Translations under genes and position numbers: made by a program
Source: a virus
Lineage: Duplodnaviria > Caudoviricetes
Length of the DNA: 32,231 nt
Reading direction: 5' to 3' (one strand)
Virus record (IMG/VR): IMGVR_UViG_3300006879_000013
Location: 1 to 32,231 of that record
Notes under the pieces: generated by a model
The model's input: the letters and a program-made list of their open reading frames with translations, nothing else
What the model was told of the DNA's origin: nothing
Databases searched by the model: none
Shown: in pieces, positions 31,653 through 32,231 of the stretch
Layout: each line of letters opens with the position of its first letter
Position numbering within the stretch: the stretch's first letter is position 1

Positions 31653-31880
31653 TCAGGCGAAGGGCTGCGCGCTGCGTCGCTGCGGGGCCTCGTAGCGCTC
31701 CCGCCCCTGCACCTGGCACCAGAACGCCAGCAGCTGCTCGCCATCGGCGTGCCGTGGCTCGGCGCCGCAACGGTAACGCCCCAGCGTCGAGCGCGAGATG
31801 CCGGTCAGCTCCTGCAGCGTCGCCAGCGAGTAGCCGGCCCGCTGCAGGTCGGTCAGCACGCGGAACCAATCAACCCGCAA
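31653..31880 (-). CDS. Small HTH DNA-binding protein (75 aa), possible late-gene regulator
   Basis: VDWFRVL.DL.R.G.SL......TGISRSTL..Y..GAEP.HADGE.L...W is an XRE-like HTH; directly upstream of the terminase operon. Confidence 0.75.
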   Translation of the reverse strand: MRVDWFRVLTDLQRAGYSLATLQELTGISRSTLGRYRCGAEPRHADGEQLLAFWCQVQGRERYEAPQRRSAQPFA

Positions 31881-32231
31881 TGGCGTACCTCTGCGCGTCG
31901 GCGTAGGTGACTGCGACCGCCAGCGCCGCCCACATGTCCCGCTTGAACCCGTACAGCGGACCGGGCTGGGCCTTGATTCCTATCGCCTTCTCTCGACCAG
32001 GGCCGAAGCGGTCAATCAGGGCCTGGCGGATATTCGCGTCCTTAGCGCGCGCGCTGCCGCACAGGTGCAGCTTCACGTCCCGGCGGTAGACCAGCTCCGC
32101 GCCGCCGGCGGCCTGGATGAAGCGGCCGATCCACAGGCAGGTCTCGAACACCTCCCGCCCCACCGGCATGCCGTAACTGGCGATCATCTCGATCACCAGC
32201 TGCTCGCCCGGGAACGGCGGTAGTTGCTGCA
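31870..32231 (-). CDS. RuvC-like Holliday junction resolvase, 5'-truncated by the window edge
   Basis: The frame is open to the window end. LVIEMIASYGM.VG.EVFET..WIGRF, VKLHLCG...AKD.NIRQALIDRFG and D.WAALAVA. Confidence 0.8.
   Translation of the reverse strand, partial: QQLPPFPGEQLVIEMIASYGMPVGREVFETCLWIGRFIQAAGGAELVYRRDVKLHLCGSARAKDANIRQALIDRFGPGREKAIGIKAQPGPLYGFKRDMWAALAVAVTYADAQRYAIAG

Noticed and set aside
1-32231. CRISPR array, rRNA/tRNA genes, IS elements, introns or inteins
   Set aside because: No regularly spaced repeats, structural RNA signatures, transposase motifs or interrupted core genes were seen; terL, portal and capsid have ordinary lengths.

Overview
The window covers most of a high-GC temperate podovirus genome. 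The structural gene order resembles Bordetella phage BPP-1 and epsilon15 (from recall of those families; no search was run). The + strand arm (1-3448) holds the end of an AlpA-type excisionase-like gene and a string of small early/accessory genes. The - strand arm, read from the right end, holds: RuvC-like resolvase, small HTH, terS, terL, GNAT acetyltransferase, small virion protein, Asp/Asn-beta-hydroxylase-like 2OG-Fe(II) oxygenase, portal, scaffold, major capsid, cement and staple proteins, tail adaptor and nozzle, three ejection proteins (one a ~2960-aa polyvalent protein), two tail-fibre genes, a small secreted beta-strand protein, amidase endolysin, holin, an intact attP and a P4-type integrase. 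Phage genes on both sides of the att region indicate the excised/free form. The most striking feature is the attP. Its core encodes MLLMID, the N-terminus of proteobacterial TrpG, preceded by a phage-borne sigma70-like promoter and RBS. The same frame runs on to a stop codon that overlaps the integrase start. This suggests integration into the 5' end of trpG with a promoter swap between the host trp genes and the phage integrase. Other unusual items are the hydroxylase/GNAT pair inside the packaging module, a PagL-motif half-barrel protein in a lysis cassette with no visible spanins, and a 40-bp portal segment duplicated in another head-module gene. All assignments come from motif recognition and gene context only.
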